Source: Isurus oxyrinchus (taxonomy: Eukaryota). From it: a DNA stretch of 64,000 nt. The notes under the pieces are model-generated. The model ran no database searches, had not been told where the DNA came from, and saw only the letters and a program-made list of their open reading frames with translations. Below are positions 38,559 to 51,234 of the stretch, piece after piece. The translations under genes and the position numbers were made by a program. The stretch is taken from NCBI GenBank assembly GCA_026770705.1, contig JANJGN010000009.1, positions 167,710,001 through 167,774,000 on the forward strand. The letters run 5' to 3'. Numbering within the stretch: the stretch's first letter is position 1; each line of letters opens with the position of its first letter.

Positions 38559-39082
38559 GTAATGTCAGATAAATAGGCAGGCAGGCCCTATGCTTTTTGA
38601 TATTTCTGCTGGGAAGAAGAGCCACTTCCACACACAACTCTGCAAGTTGTGCTGTGTGCCTGCTCCATTCTGGAGTTCCTGATGCTGACTGGTTTTCTCT
38701 CTCTCTCCTCCCCCACCCCCACCCACGATTTAGGCTAGTTTTAAATATTGTCATGCTGGATTCTCCCCTTCAGCGGGGGAGATGGGGAGAGGTTCCTGTG
38801 GACAGCCTCTGGTGCCTGTCGCTGTGTAGTGTGACCAGTGTCTCTATGGTAGTCAGAGAGCGCTGCCAGATTGTTAAGGGACGGAGGAGCTGAATCGAAT
38901 CACTTTTCCCCCCTCACCACAGCAGTGATGTTTTTAGTGCACAGCCTTGCTATTTGAAATGATAAGTACATTATTTACATGTTTTGAATGTGCCTCACCC
39001 TTACAGGAGACCAGCAGAGAATCATGGAAAGCTTGTGGTCAAATCAGTACACTTGACCAATTCCATCATCTCATCCGCTGCT

Positions 39083-39450
39083 CCCACCCCCCCATTCCCA
39101 TCCCATCCCCCCCATTCCCATCCCACCCCCCCCCCAATTCCCATCCCATCCCCCCCATTCCCATCCCATCCCCCCCCATTCCCATCCCACCCCCCCCCAT
39201 TCCCATCCCACCCCCCCCCCCCCCCATTCCCATCCCACCACCCCCCCATTCCCATCCCACCCCCCCCCCCCCCCATTCCCATCCCCCCCCCATTCCCATC
39301 CCACCACCCCCCCATTCCCATCCCACCCCCCCCCCCCCCCCCCATTCCCATCCCACCACCCCCCCATTCCCATCCCACCACCTCCCCAATTCCCATCCCA
39401 CCCCCCCATTCCCATCCCACCACCCCCCCCATTCCCATCCCACCCCCTCC
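39083..39450. repeat. C-rich tandem repeat (C)n-ATTCCCATCCCA
   Basis: About 17 imperfect units of cccccattcccatcccac in BYSL intron 2. Confidence 0.95.
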
Positions 39451-39986
39451 CTCCATAAACCCTGTCTTTCACTGTGATTGTCAGCAGGCCGTTTGTCTGT
39501 GAGTGGCCAATGCAATCGGGTGAACATCGTAGCTTGAGTTTTATTATTTTGTCTTCTGATGTGTGTGTTTGCACGCTTTCCAGCAGGGATCATTGTGTAG
39601 TGATCAGGAGCAGCTGCCAGCAGGTTGATTTTCCATATTTTTCGATCAGCTCAGCTCACCTGCCTTCCCTTGAATACTGAAGCTAAATGTAAATACCCCA
39701 CTGCAGGGGTTGAATTTGGGCTTTTCTGTTCCTGTATGGGAACATCACATGGGGCAATGAATTTATCCTTCGAACTGCTTTGACTGAGGTTAAGTCGTAC
39801 TTAATGACATTATAATGTACTTGAGCCCTTCGATGTCTTGTTCCTTATACTATCACTAGCTGTGGAGTTGGAAGATGTTGTCAGTTATCAGCCCTACTAT
39901 TTTGAGCCCAAGCATCGATTGGATGCAAATCTATTTTGGCTGCACGTGTACACTGGTCAGTTAACTTTTTTGGTTCTGCACTAAAG

Positions 39987-40125
39987 GCGTACTCTTGCTG
40001 ACATCATTATGGAGAAGATCACAGAGAAGCAGACGGAAGTGGAGACAGCCATGTCTGAATTCTCTGGCCGGCCTATGCCTCAGCTTGACCCCAGAGTCCT
40101 GGAAGTGTACAAGGGAGTTCGTGAG
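39987..40125 (+). CDS. BYSL: Bystin exon 3 (139 nt)
   Basis: Translates to [46 protein letters not shown]. Acceptor ctaaag|G, donor GAG|gtaaag. Confidence 0.97.
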
Positions 40126-42008
40126 GTAAAGGGTTCCGCCATGTTCATAGTAAATTGTATTTTATTGACCCAAGGCAGCAGGTTTAGCAATAGAGTATTG
40201 TACCTCGAGGGCACACATTCTTATATTGGGTGCTATTTGTAATAATTTACTATATTGAGTCTTGCCAGTAGAGGGAGTGTTGTGTTGGCTAGCAAGTGAC
40301 AAAAGTGGATAGAATGACCAAAATTGCTTCATACTTCTTAACATAGGATATGTAATATGACTGAGACCAATGTTACACAAGTAGCTTCCCGTGCTAGCAT
40401 GTATTGAAACTCTTGATGTCCGCAGGGAAAACATCTCCTCCTCAAAGAACCCCACTAGCTGATGGCTAATGAAATGCTCCCATTGACACAGAACCTCAAA
40501 AAAAAACCCCCACACACTCCTCTGAAATCCTACTGGAACACACTCCATGAGCTACAAACATGCAACAGCCCTACCTCTCTGGCGCATCTCTGGGTACGTT
40601 GCCAACTGCAACCTGGTAACTGACCCAAGTGGTGGAGGCCCAGGTTTCCACAGAAAATCTGGACAACCCCTCAATGGCTTGAGGGCGGGCCAGAGAATAT
40701 GTGGCCACTCACTCCACAAGGGGAACATGAGGAACAGCTTAATTTGTGACAGTGGCCATCCAAGCGAGACCATCGTCCGTACACTGAACTTCTGCCCTGA
40801 GAGATCCATTCCTGGTGGCATCACAACATTGCGTCGGTGGCAAGCGTTAAATTAATTGCTAATCTCAACATCGTTTATAACTGCTTTCCCAGCTAAATGA
40901 ATAAAAGAAAAGTAGGATATACAGCACTGAAACAGGCCATGCTGGTATTTATGATCCACTTGAACTTCTTCCCATCTTTTCTCATCAATGGTAATCATTT
41001 AGTCCCTTCTCCCTCATACCTGTCTAGTTTCCCCTTAAAGGCATCTATACCATTCCCTCCAACCACTCCCTGTGCTTATGGTTATAGGAGGCAGGAAAGT
41101 GGAGTTAAGGCCACAATCAGATCAGCCATGATCTTATTGAATGGTGGAACAGGCTCGAGGGGTCAAATGGCCTTCACCTGCTCCTATTTCTTATGGTCTT
41201 ATTTTATGATTTGTGGTGGTGTGTTCCACTCTTTGGGTGGATAAGTTTCTTCTAAATTCCCTATTGGATTTTTTGGGAATAACTTGCATTGATGTCCTCG
41301 AGTTATGCTCTTCCTCCCTCTATCCACTTTAACAAAACATTTCATAATTTTAAAGACTCCTACGAAGTAAACCCTCAGCTTTTGTTTCAAGAGAGAAGAA
41401 AGCCAGCCTGCTGGTCCTTTCCTGATGTGGATATCCATGCATTTCTAATATCATCTTTATTAATGAAGGAAGAAACATGGTGGCACTAATTGAATGATTT
41501 TCTGTGTAACCACAAACATATTTGTGTAACTCTTGTTTGTGAAGCATGATTCTTATTTCTTTTACATTTAAACTTATTTTCTTGACTCTCTCTCCCAAAC
41601 GCCACCTCAGCCTGAGAAGTCTTGTAGATGATCTGCTAGGATTACCCGGGAATAGGTATTTCTGAGGCAGGTTAATGTTTCTTCCCTTTGATGGGGGGAG
41701 TACAGTGCCTCCCCACAGCCTAGTAGCTGGGAGCTCTGAGGACTTGAACCTACATTCTGTCTATCTCATAGTGCAATATTAAAGCGTTATCTACGTTACT
41801 TCCTCTATCTTTACAAACTGCATCCCCCTGCAGGAACCTTCAGCCCTGTCTATTCTCTCTCCTTTGCCCCACCCATTAGCCAGCTGTGCCCTGGAATTTC
41901 CCCCACTAAACATTCTCCACCTCCTTTTTTGAGACTGTCCTTTAAAACTCAGCTCTTTGACTTGAGCATATGGTCACTCCACCCTCCTCGCAACCCACCC
42001 CCCCCCCC

Positions 42009-42245
42009 GGTGCAATTTGTCACAGCTGCCAAAATGGGAGCAGGTTGTTGGATGTGGATTGGCCTGAAGCTTCCTCAGTGAGATGGAAGCTCTTAATAAA
42101 AAGGATTTCTTTTTCAGCTTTGTAGTTACAGAGCATCAACCAGGCAGGGGAGAAGCCTCAAGGAAGATCTGCATAATTGTAATAACGTTGAGTTAACACA
42201 GCATGGCGGAGTCATGCACACTACTGAGTGCTCTCTTCTCTCGTT
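42009..42245 (+). mobile_element. 3' part of a Helentron/HINE-like non-autonomous element
   Basis: Colinear with 49892-50128; ends tggcggagtcatGCACACtactGAGTGCtct (subTIR plus short stem-loop). Confidence 0.55.
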
Positions 42246-42664
42246 TGCATCTTGTGATTATGTACATGTGTGCTGCCCAGCGGAAACAATCTATCACTTA
42301 CTTTATCAAAAGCCTCCATAAACTTGAAAGAGCCTTTAATCATGTCATCTTCTTACTTGCTCAGCTCCAGTGGAAAAAAACACGTCTTAGTTTTTTGTCA
42401 TAACACCAATTTCTCACCTGTGGTAACACCCAGTGGAGCTGAGCATTATCCTTCCTGCAAGGATGTCCAAAACTGTATTCCAGTTGCAACTTAACTCAGG
42501 CCTTGTACAAGTTCGATATTACCTCATCGTTTTTTCATCTGGCGCCTCCAGATACAAAACCAACGAAACCGCTAATTGCATTTGCTTCATCTACTTTCCC
42601 TACCTTCATGTTTACCTTATGCATCAAATCTCAGGTGAGCTGAATGAACAGCTATCATTTTTTA

Positions 42665-43450
42665 AGTTCATTCACGGGGTATGGGCTTTGCTGGCTGGGC
42701 CAGCATTTACTGCCCATCCCTAGTTGCCCTTGAGAAGGTGGTGGTGAGCTGCCTTCCTGAACCACTGCAGTCCATGTGGTGTAGGTACACCCACAGTGCT
42801 GTTAGGGAGGGAGTTCCAGGATTTTGACCCAGAGACAGTAAAGGAACGGCGATATATTTCCAAGTCAAGATGGTGAGTGACTTGGAGGGGAACTTCTGGC
42901 TTATGGTGTTCCCATCTAACTGTTGCCCTTGTCCTTCTTAGTGGCAGTGGTCATGGGTTTGGAAGGTGCTGTTGGAGGTGCCTTGGTGAATTCCTGTAGT
43001 GCATCTTGTAGATGGTACACACTGTTGCTACCGTGTGTCGGTGGTGGAGGGAGTGTATGTGGTGCCAATCAAGTGGGCTACTTTGTCCTGGAACGTGTCC
43101 AGCTTCCTCAGTGTTGTGGGAGCTGCACTCATCCATGCAAATGGACAGTATTCCATCACACTCCTGTCTTGTGCCTTGTAGATGACGGACAGGCCTTAGG
43201 GAGTCAGGAGGTGAGTTACTCGTCGCATGATTCCTAGCCTCTGACCTGCTCTTGTAGCCACAGTATTTATATGGCTAGTCCAGTTCAGTTTCTGGTCAAT
43301 GGTAACCCCCAGGATGTTGATAGTGGGGAATTCAGTGCCATTGAACATCAAGGGGCAATGGTTGGATTCTCTCTTGTTGGAGATGGTCATTGCCTGACAC
43401 TTGCATGGTGTGAATGTTACTTGCCACTTGTCAGCCCAAGCCTGAATATT
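42665..43450 (-). mobile_element. CR1/L2-group LINE 3' fragment (second family; tails also at 20105-20195 and 34940-35190 on minus, 57850-58200 on plus)
   Basis: NIQAWADKWQVTF...CQAMTIS...ILGVTIDQKLNWTSHINTVATRAGQRLG; tail gggatgggcagtaaatgctggcccagc. Confidence 0.85.
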
Positions 43451-43454
43451 GTGA

Positions 43455-44535
43455 TTCATTGATTGAGAATTGGTTAGCAGACAGGAAACTGAGAGTAGGA
43501 ATAAATGGGTCTTTTTTTGGAGTGGTAGGCGGTGACTAGTGGGGTACCGCAGGGATCAGTGCTTGGGCCCCAGCTATTCACAATATATATCAATGATTTG
43601 GATGAGGAAACCAAATGTAATATTTCCAAGTTTGCTGACAACATGAAACTTGGTAGGAATATGAGTGGTGAGGAGGATGTTAAGAAGCTTCAAGGCGATT
43701 TAGATAAGTTGAGTGAGTGGGCAAATACATGGCAGGTATAGTATAATGTGGATAAGTATGAAGTTATCCACTTCGATTGGTGAAACAGAATGGCAGAGTA
43801 TTATTTCAACGGTGATAGATTGGGAAATGTTGATGTGCAAAGGGACCTGAGTGTCCTTGTACATCAATCACTGAAAGCCAGCATGTAGGTGTAACAAGCA
43901 GTTAAGAAGACAAATGGTATGTTGGTCCCCATTGCGAGAGGACTTGAGTACAGGAGCAAAGATGTCTTACTGCAGCTATACAGGGCCTTGATGAGACCAC
44001 ACTTGGAGTATTGTGTGCAATTTTGGTCTCCTTACTTAAGAAAGGATGTACTTACCACAGAGGGAGTGCAGCAAAGGTTCACCAGACTAATTCCTGGGAT
44101 GGCAGGATTGTCATGTGAGGAGAGATTGGGCTGACTAGACCTGTATTCACTGGAGTTTAGAAGAATGAAGGGGGTTTCATTGAAACGTATAAACTTCTGA
44201 CAGGGCTGGACGGACTTGATGCGGAGATGATGCTTCCTCTGGCTGGGGTGTCTAGAACAAGGGGTCACAGACTCAGGATACAGGGCAGGTTATTTAGGAT
44301 TGAGATGAGGGGAAACTTCTTCACTCAGAGGGTGGTGAACCCATGGAATTCTCTACCACAGAGGCTGTGGAGGCCAAGTCACTGAATATATTTAAGGAAA
44401 TAGATTTCTAAGCTCTAAAGGGATCAAAGAGTATGGGGAGAGAGCAGGAGTGTGGCGTTGAGATAGAGGATCCGCTATGATCATATTGAATGGCAGAGCC
44501 GGCTTGAAGGGCGGAATGACCTCCTCCTTTCTGTG
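43455..44535 (+). mobile_element. CR1 LINE 3' fragment with RT motifs
   Basis: [25 protein letters not shown]...SKFADNMKLG...LYRALMRPHLEYCVQFWSPYLRKD. Confidence 0.95.
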
Positions 44536-44977
44536 TTTACATCTGAGTTGATCATCTACAGACACTTCAGTTGACGACCTCTTCCTCTTCCTCTTGCCTT
44601 CCCCACCCTTCGTTTCTCAGGGAAAGTGCTTGTGCTGGGGGAAAGTCTGTGTCATGACCAATTTGGGAGAGGAAATTTGGCTTGTAGCAAGCAGTCGTGT
44701 GGGCAAACTTGCAATGGTATCAATTTCTGTATTCAGTTTATTGGAACGCAGCCCCATTTTTTTTAATTGAACCATTCACAGCCGGAATCTCCTTTCTCAG
44801 GTATGCCTGGCGTTCAGTGTCCTTTGTGGCTGCGTGTATTTTTCTTCAAATATAATTTGTTAAAATAACTTGATTTTTTTTACATTTAAAGTTTGAATGA
44901 AACAAGAGCATCGCACTGTATTCAGTGAATATAACACTGGCTGTGCTTGCTAAAATTTACATCTTGCTTTCCAAAAG

Positions 44978-45111
44978 GTATTGTGTAAGTATAGGAGTGG
45001 GAAACTTCCGAAAGCCTTTAAGATTATCCCGGCGTTGTCAAACTGGGAGCAGATCTTGTATATCACTGAACCAGAGACCTGGACAGCAGCAGCCATGTAT
45101 CAGGCAACAAG
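44978..45111 (+). CDS. BYSL: Bystin exon 4 (134 nt)
   Basis: Translates to [44 protein letters not shown](R). Acceptor ccaaaag|GTA, donor AG|gtaagg. Confidence 0.97.
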
Positions 45112-45552
45112 GTAAGGGACCAGTATTCGTGTAACCCTTTGAGAACCAAAGTCCCCCTTCTGTTGTCCTTTTTGCTCAGTTTTGTAAAGCACGCTTATGC
45201 TTCGTTGGCAGAGGTTTATAAAACGATTGTACTCGCATTATTTAAAGCTCTTTTAGGTTTAACCCCTTATTACTGAAGGGAAAGTGATTGCATTGTGGTG
45301 ATACTGCTTCTGCTGAGGGTGGGATCCGTGCTGCTCTGTTGAGGTTAGTTGCTTGTGATGTTCTTAACCATGAGCTCAGGCTGGTAATCCGGTATCCAAA
45401 GCAGTTGACCCGCTGACACGTTGCTGCCTCTTTCCACCGGAGAGTGCTTCAATGTGACATCACCACCTTTGCGTCTTTATTTCTTTAAAAATCAATTTTG
45501 ATGCAATGTTTGTATTATTTGTTCCCACCCCCCACCCCCCAATTCCCTTCAG

Positions 45553-45713
45553 GATCTTTTCCGCCAATTTGAAGGCAAGGATGGCACAGAGATTCTATAA
45601 CTTGGTGCTTTTGCCTCGAGTGAGAGATGATATTGCAGAATACAAACGCCTGAACTTTCACCTTTATACTTCCTTGAAAAAAGCACTTTTCAAACCTGGA
45701 GCTTGGTTTAAAG
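45553..45713 (+). CDS. BYSL: Bystin exon 5 (161 nt)
   Basis: Translates to [53 protein letters not shown](G). Acceptor cccttcag|G, donor AAG|gtaaga. Confidence 0.97.
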
Positions 45714-46820
45714 GTAAGATTGGCTTTCATCTGGTAAAGGGAATTGAGAGAGCTAATGGAGCTATACCCATGGTTCTTTTTTAACTTGTCAATAAATGAG
45801 CTCTGTAACGTTTACTTCTTGTTTGGCATCTTATTATAACACCAGGTGCATTCAACTTGGAAGTTTTTCTCTTCCAAACTACCCCTGATCAGCAGAATAT
45901 GGTTGATTTGCAGTTTTGTGCATGTAGATCTGCATCGTTGTCCTTGGGACTGCTGTAAGGTGGAACTGGGGGCATTAACTTGAACGATGACAAATATGTT
46001 GCAGTAAATTGTAAACTGTCCTTCTGTGCTTGGGTTCCGATTGGAGAGCATTTTGAATCTTGGAATCTGTGATTGAAGCGCTGATGATCCCAATCCAGTC
46101 ACTGATGGTAGCAACGAGAAAGCTATTGATATTTAAAAGCAAACCTATTTTACCCTGCTGTACTGAAGGTACTGGCTCTTGCTTTGGTGCCATTTGTCAT
46201 TTCATCCAAGTGACCATTTTTTTTCAAGTGAGCCTGAACAGTGAGTGTTAACGGACAATTTGCGGGGCACATCCTATTTCAGTTTCTTCATTTAAGAGCA
46301 CTTGGCATTTGCATAAATGCATCTCTCTCTAATTGGTCTGTAACAAAGAAGATTACAGCTAGAGACAACAGTAATAAGGACAGGGACCTTGCAAATCTGA
46401 TGCTGGTTGTTGTTGGGAACACTTAAGACTTGGAGAAAATGTCTCAGGATACCAAAGAGAAGTGTCCAATAAGACAAGGAGTCATTAAGTCTGTTCATTC
46501 TTGGCTAAACAAGTAGATTTCTAATACAAAAGGACAAATGCTGTGGATGCTGGAAATCTGAAATAAACAAAGTGCTGGACATGCTCAGTGGGTCTGGCAA
46601 CAACTGTGGAGAGAGAAGCTGAGTTAATATATCAGGTTATCTTTTGTTAGAACTGTTCCGAGGTGTATTGTCTAGCATTTTCTGTTTTTTAGTTTAGGTG
46701 AATTTCTAACTTTCCCTTTTGTGCAAGAGCAAAACAGGGGGGTGGAATCTGGCTTGCAAGAAGGCGGCAAGAATAGATGCTTAATTGCAATTTTTTAAAA
46801 CAACTTCTTCCATTCCCCAG

Positions 46821-46923
46821 GTATTCTACTTCCCTTGTGTGAATCCGGCACATGCACACTAAGAGAAGCTATCATTATCGGTAGCATTCTGACAAAATGC
46901 TCTATCCCAGTTCTGCACACCAG
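46821..46923 (+). CDS. BYSL: Bystin exon 6 (103 nt)
   Basis: Translates to (G)[33 protein letters not shown](S). Acceptor ttccccag|GT, donor AG|gtaatt. Confidence 0.97.
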
Positions 46924-47538
46924 GTAATTGTTGGTTTGTATGTGGTGCTTTGTAAGTGGAGGGGGAGGGAATGAAAATTACACATCAGACTGTTTATTTG
47001 GTAACCCATGCGTGAAATACTTTTGGGTGTTTGTTTCTGTTAAAGGTGTTAGTTAAATGTTGGTTGTTACTCCTTTATGAAATTATGACACTGTTAGTAA
47101 TGTATCACTTGCACTTTTGGTCACCCCTCAGCTTGATGACATCACTGTGAAGCACTTTGGAACATTTGTTCTCTGTTAAAGCTCCTATATGAAGGAAGTT
47201 GTTGCAGCCCATAGTGATGAGAGCAGTTCTTCCTCTACCTTGTTTCTTCCCCACCTAATTATGTTTTTAAATAAGTAAACAAGCAACAATTTCCACTTTT
47301 GAATAATGTTTTTGTAGAGGGAGAAACCGGTTAATGGAACGCAAGTTATGTCTTGGTTCCAAAATGATTCATGATTAAAAATACCAATTCAGGTATTTTC
47401 TAAGCTAATTAAAACAGCCACTATAAGCTTCATTGGTGACTCATGATTTCTACAGTGCAGCCATGTATACGTTTGATAATCTGTTTTGTGATATCAGTAT
47501 CTCTATCTCTTTTACCATAATTCATCTTCTGTTAACAG

Positions 47539-47881
47539 TGCTGCAATGCTGAAGATTGCAGAAATGGAATATAATGGGGCAAACAGCATCTTCCTTCGAC
47601 TGATGATTGACAAGAAGTATGCACTTCCCTTCCGAGTTATCGACGCTTTGGTGTTTCACTTCCTGCAGTTCAGGACTGATAAGCGAGACCTGCCTGTATT
47701 GTGGCACCAGTGTCTGCTTACCTTTGCCCAACGATATAAGGAGGACCTGTCCTCTGAACAGAAAGAGTCATTGCTGGAACTGCTGAGGATCCACTGCCAT
47801 TCACAGATTTCACCTGAGATCAGGCGGGAACTTGTCAACTCCAAGTCGAGGGACGTAGAAGTGGGAATGACAGTGGAGTGA
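47539..47881 (+). CDS. BYSL: Bystin exon 7 (last coding exon)
   Basis: Translates to (S)[42 protein letters not shown]...[20 protein letters not shown]...[23 protein letters not shown]. Acceptor ttaacag|T; TGA ends at 47881. Confidence 0.97.
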
Positions 47882-47922
47882 CTTTGTGTCTCAGTTTTGA
47901 CCGATTTATGTATTTTTGTGTG

Positions 47923-47928
47923 AATAAA
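47923..47928 (+). promoter_or_regulatory. BYSL polyadenylation signal AATAAA
   Basis: AATAAA 41 nt after the stop codon, followed by GT/T-rich sequence. Confidence 0.6.
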
Positions 47929-48494
47929 TACCTGGATTTGAAGTGAGGTTGATTGACCTGATCAGCTTTTGTTTTCTGTTTAATAACAAACTCTTACTAG
48001 AAAGCAGGGACAATTAATTATTTATCTGTTGCACATCATTTTTATGAATAATTATTTATTTTCCGCCTTTTTTTTTTGCCTTGTTTTTTCCCTTCCTAAA
48101 GAGGGTGGTGCTGTTGTCCTCATATTCTGTTTTATCATAGCTCCTGTGAAGTGCCACTGGACATTTTATTACATAAATGGTGCTATATTTATATTTGTTG
48201 TTGTTTGTGGGCACTCTAACATTCACGTAGCCACACTCTTGAGTAAAGATTAAGTGCGTGGAGTTGGTTTGGTTGCTACCCTGTGTCCCCAAGCACACTG
48301 AGGCCAATTATAGGTTCCTGGCTAAGCTGCTGGCTCACTGTATACAAGCAACTGTAACCGCTATCAACAGTAAGACTTGGATGACTTCTGCACTATGATT
48401 TTTGGAAATGTGCTTTATGTGTGGAATGTACTATCTCAATATCACTAACTTCAAATCAGTTAATCTTGTTAATAAGATTTTACTGCACTTGACC

Positions 48495-48905
48495 ATAAGA
48501 CGCAGGAGCAGAAGAAGGCCATTCGGCCCATCGAGTCTGCTCCGCTATTCAATTACATCATCGCTGACCTTATAATCCTTAACTCCACTTTCCTGTCTTT
48601 TCCTCATCACCCTCAATTCCCATACTGATTAAAAATCTGTCTATCTCAGCCTTGAATACACTGAACGACCCAGCTTCTACAGCCCTCTGCAGTAAAGAAT
48701 TCCACGGATTTACTAGCATCTGTGAGAAGAAATTCCTCCTCATTTCTGTTTTAAATGGGCGACCCCATACTCTGAGATTATGCCCACTTGTCCTACGCTC
48801 TCTCACAAGGGGAAACAACCTCTCAGCATCTACCCTGTTAAGCCCCCTAAGAATCTCATATGTTTCAGTAAGGTCACCTCTCATTATTCTAAACTCCAAT
48901 GAGTA
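48495..48905 (-). mobile_element. CR1 LINE 3' end
   Basis: EFRIMRGDLTETYEILRGL.RVDAERLFPL...RRNFFSQ..VN.WNSL plus 3' UTR. Confidence 0.9.
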
Positions 48906-49599
48906 AAGATCTCATAAACAGCAATGAAATCAATAACTAGTTAATTTGTTTTTAGTAGTGTCAGTTGAAAGCAGAATGCTGTTCGTAACACGAGAAGAAC
49001 TCACTGCTCTTCTAATAGTGCCATGGGATCTTTCTGACAGTACAGCATTCCATCAGCACTACACCGAGCTGGTAGCCTAGAGTTTCATCATGGTTAAAAC
49101 CAAACTGGTTTTGATAAAGGGATGATGCACAACGTTGACTGATGAAAATAGCTGTCAGCCTTGGCTGTTGCCCGAGCCAGAAGCTCATGGGTTCAACCTT
49201 TCAACCAAGAGGCTTGAACATGTAATCCAGAATGGCATTTCAGTGGAGTGCTGGAATGTTGCTTGGTTCTGTTTTTCAAATGAGAAGTTTAAACAGAGGC
49301 CAGTTCTATCCTCTGTACGTGTTTTATTCTGCAACAAAATGAACTTAACTTATTTCATTGTTTAGGATACCGTTGTTTGTGAGCTTTTAAACAAGCCTTT
49401 TGCGTTTCCTACGCTAAGGCAGTGACTGTACTTCAAGAAAGATTTCATTGACTGTAAAGTCATGTCCTTGTTGTGAAAGATGCAGTATGAATTCAAATCC
49501 ATTCCTTTTTGTTTCCCAAGACCAACCTGGCAAAGTTTGAGTATGTTATGATTGTGGGTCAAAAGCAAGAAATTCTTCTTACACGACAATATTTTCTAA

Positions 49600-50128
49600 T
49601 TATCTCCCTCACTGAAGGTCGGTGGAGGTAATGTTTTTGGCCCCGTTTGTCTATTTGACTGTAAACAATAGATCTTTTAGAAACTGACTCTCAGGTTTCA
49701 TTGAAACTTGGTACACGGATAAGGGGTATGGCCCAAGTAAGAACTGATTAGCTTTTGATAAAGATGTGGATCTGGATCCTAGATTTTTTTTTTAAGGATT
49801 CCTTAGCATTGGGAGATGGAGTGAATTGATTTTTTTCTTAGAATGTTGTGGGGGTTTTATTTAGAATATTGCAGATTGCCTCAGCTGCTGTGGTGCAATT
49901 TGTCACAGCTGTCAAAATGTGAGCAGAGTTTTCAAAGCAGGCTGTTGTATGTGGATTGGCCTGAAACCTGCTCAGTGAGGTGGAAGCTCTTAATAAAAAG
50001 ATTTCTTTTTCTAGCTTTGCTTTTAGACCATCAACCAGGCAGGGAAAGCCTTAAGGATGTGCTGCATAATTGTAATAATGTTGAGTTAACACTGCGGTGG
50101 AGATGCGCACTCTATGTGGTGGCTTTTT
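49600..50128 (+). mobile_element. Helentron-associated (HINE/DINE-1-like) non-autonomous element
   Basis: 5' tatctccctcac...ggtggaggtaatgtttt plus gtttgtct run; 3' gcggtggagatg (inverted relative to the 5' end) and a short degenerate hairpin; T-rich flanks. Confidence 0.6.
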
Positions 50129-51234
50129 CACTTATTTACATTTTGTGATATTAAAGATCCATCAATTCATTGTTCACACAGAAATCACAAACTAAATAAT
50201 GCAATACAGGTATTAAAATATATCCCAAGAGTTCATTACATTAGAGTTATTAGATTAATTTTTATTCTCTTCAGAAAACTTGAGATGGGGAATTTGTCTC
50301 ATCATTTGGCAATTCACAGTGATTTGGAACCATTCACAAGTCCACTTCGGGATTTGCAATAAATAGTGTTTCTTTTTTCATTCAAAAACTACCTCACTGA
50401 TCTCTGTAGGACACGGCAATTGGCGCAGTGCTTTTATTTCCTATGTGGGAACTTCATTGGGTTAAGAATAGGGCCTATTTTAAATGGAGCAACTGATGGA
50501 AGCATCTCTATCAGCCCACACGTGAATCATATCTTTTTGAGAGAAGCACCAAGAACAGCCACTGCACAATGAACTGGAGTCCAATGAGGGAATCTACAAG
50601 GGAGGGAAGAAAGATTTGACAATCCGTGTGTGAAACATCTGACATTTGCCTGTTAATGGTGTTACTTAAATGCAGGCTGTTGCTACTTTTATGAAAATAA
50701 GCACCCTAAGAATAATTAGTGCTTCAGTCTCTGAATTTGTAAATCTATATTTAAGCACTAGCTTGCAGTGTTCAGCATTTAAGATATCTTTAGAAAGACT
50801 GCAAATGCTTCCTGTTTTACTTTAGATTTCCACCATTTGAAGTTTTCTTGATATATATCGGATTCTGAACATAACTCAGTGCCAATCTTCTGTTAGTAGG
50901 TAAGCTTTCCTGGCAATCTCCATAATCTGAGGCAGATAGGTTTGTAGCACTCTTGGATACCAATAATGAGTGATAGATTTCATTAATGATGGGGACCTCC
51001 TTGGCTCCAGATAACCCTACACAATAATGCCCTGGAAGGTAAATGTTCCCCGTTGGCATTGAGGCTCCCTTGATAGACTGTGTGGCTTCAGCTCATCAAA
51101 TTCCAACAATAGTCTTAAGGATCAGTGGGAGCCCCCAAGCCTTGGCTATTGCCAACCTGCATCTCATCTCTTTAGACTTGGGTAAATAGGTTGTGTCTCT
51201 ACCAGGAAAAACCACACAGTTTTTGGAGAAAGTA

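Noticed and set aside
38947-39593. Pro/His- or Gly/Trp-rich ORFs in several frames
   Set aside because: Translations of the C-rich tandem repeat; open only because the repeat lacks stop codons.
46081-46166. Possible C/D-box snoRNA in BYSL intron 5 (TGATGA...CTGA...CTGA)
   Set aside because: No terminal stem, a poor C' box and no rRNA complementarity that I could verify; would need snoscan or Infernal.
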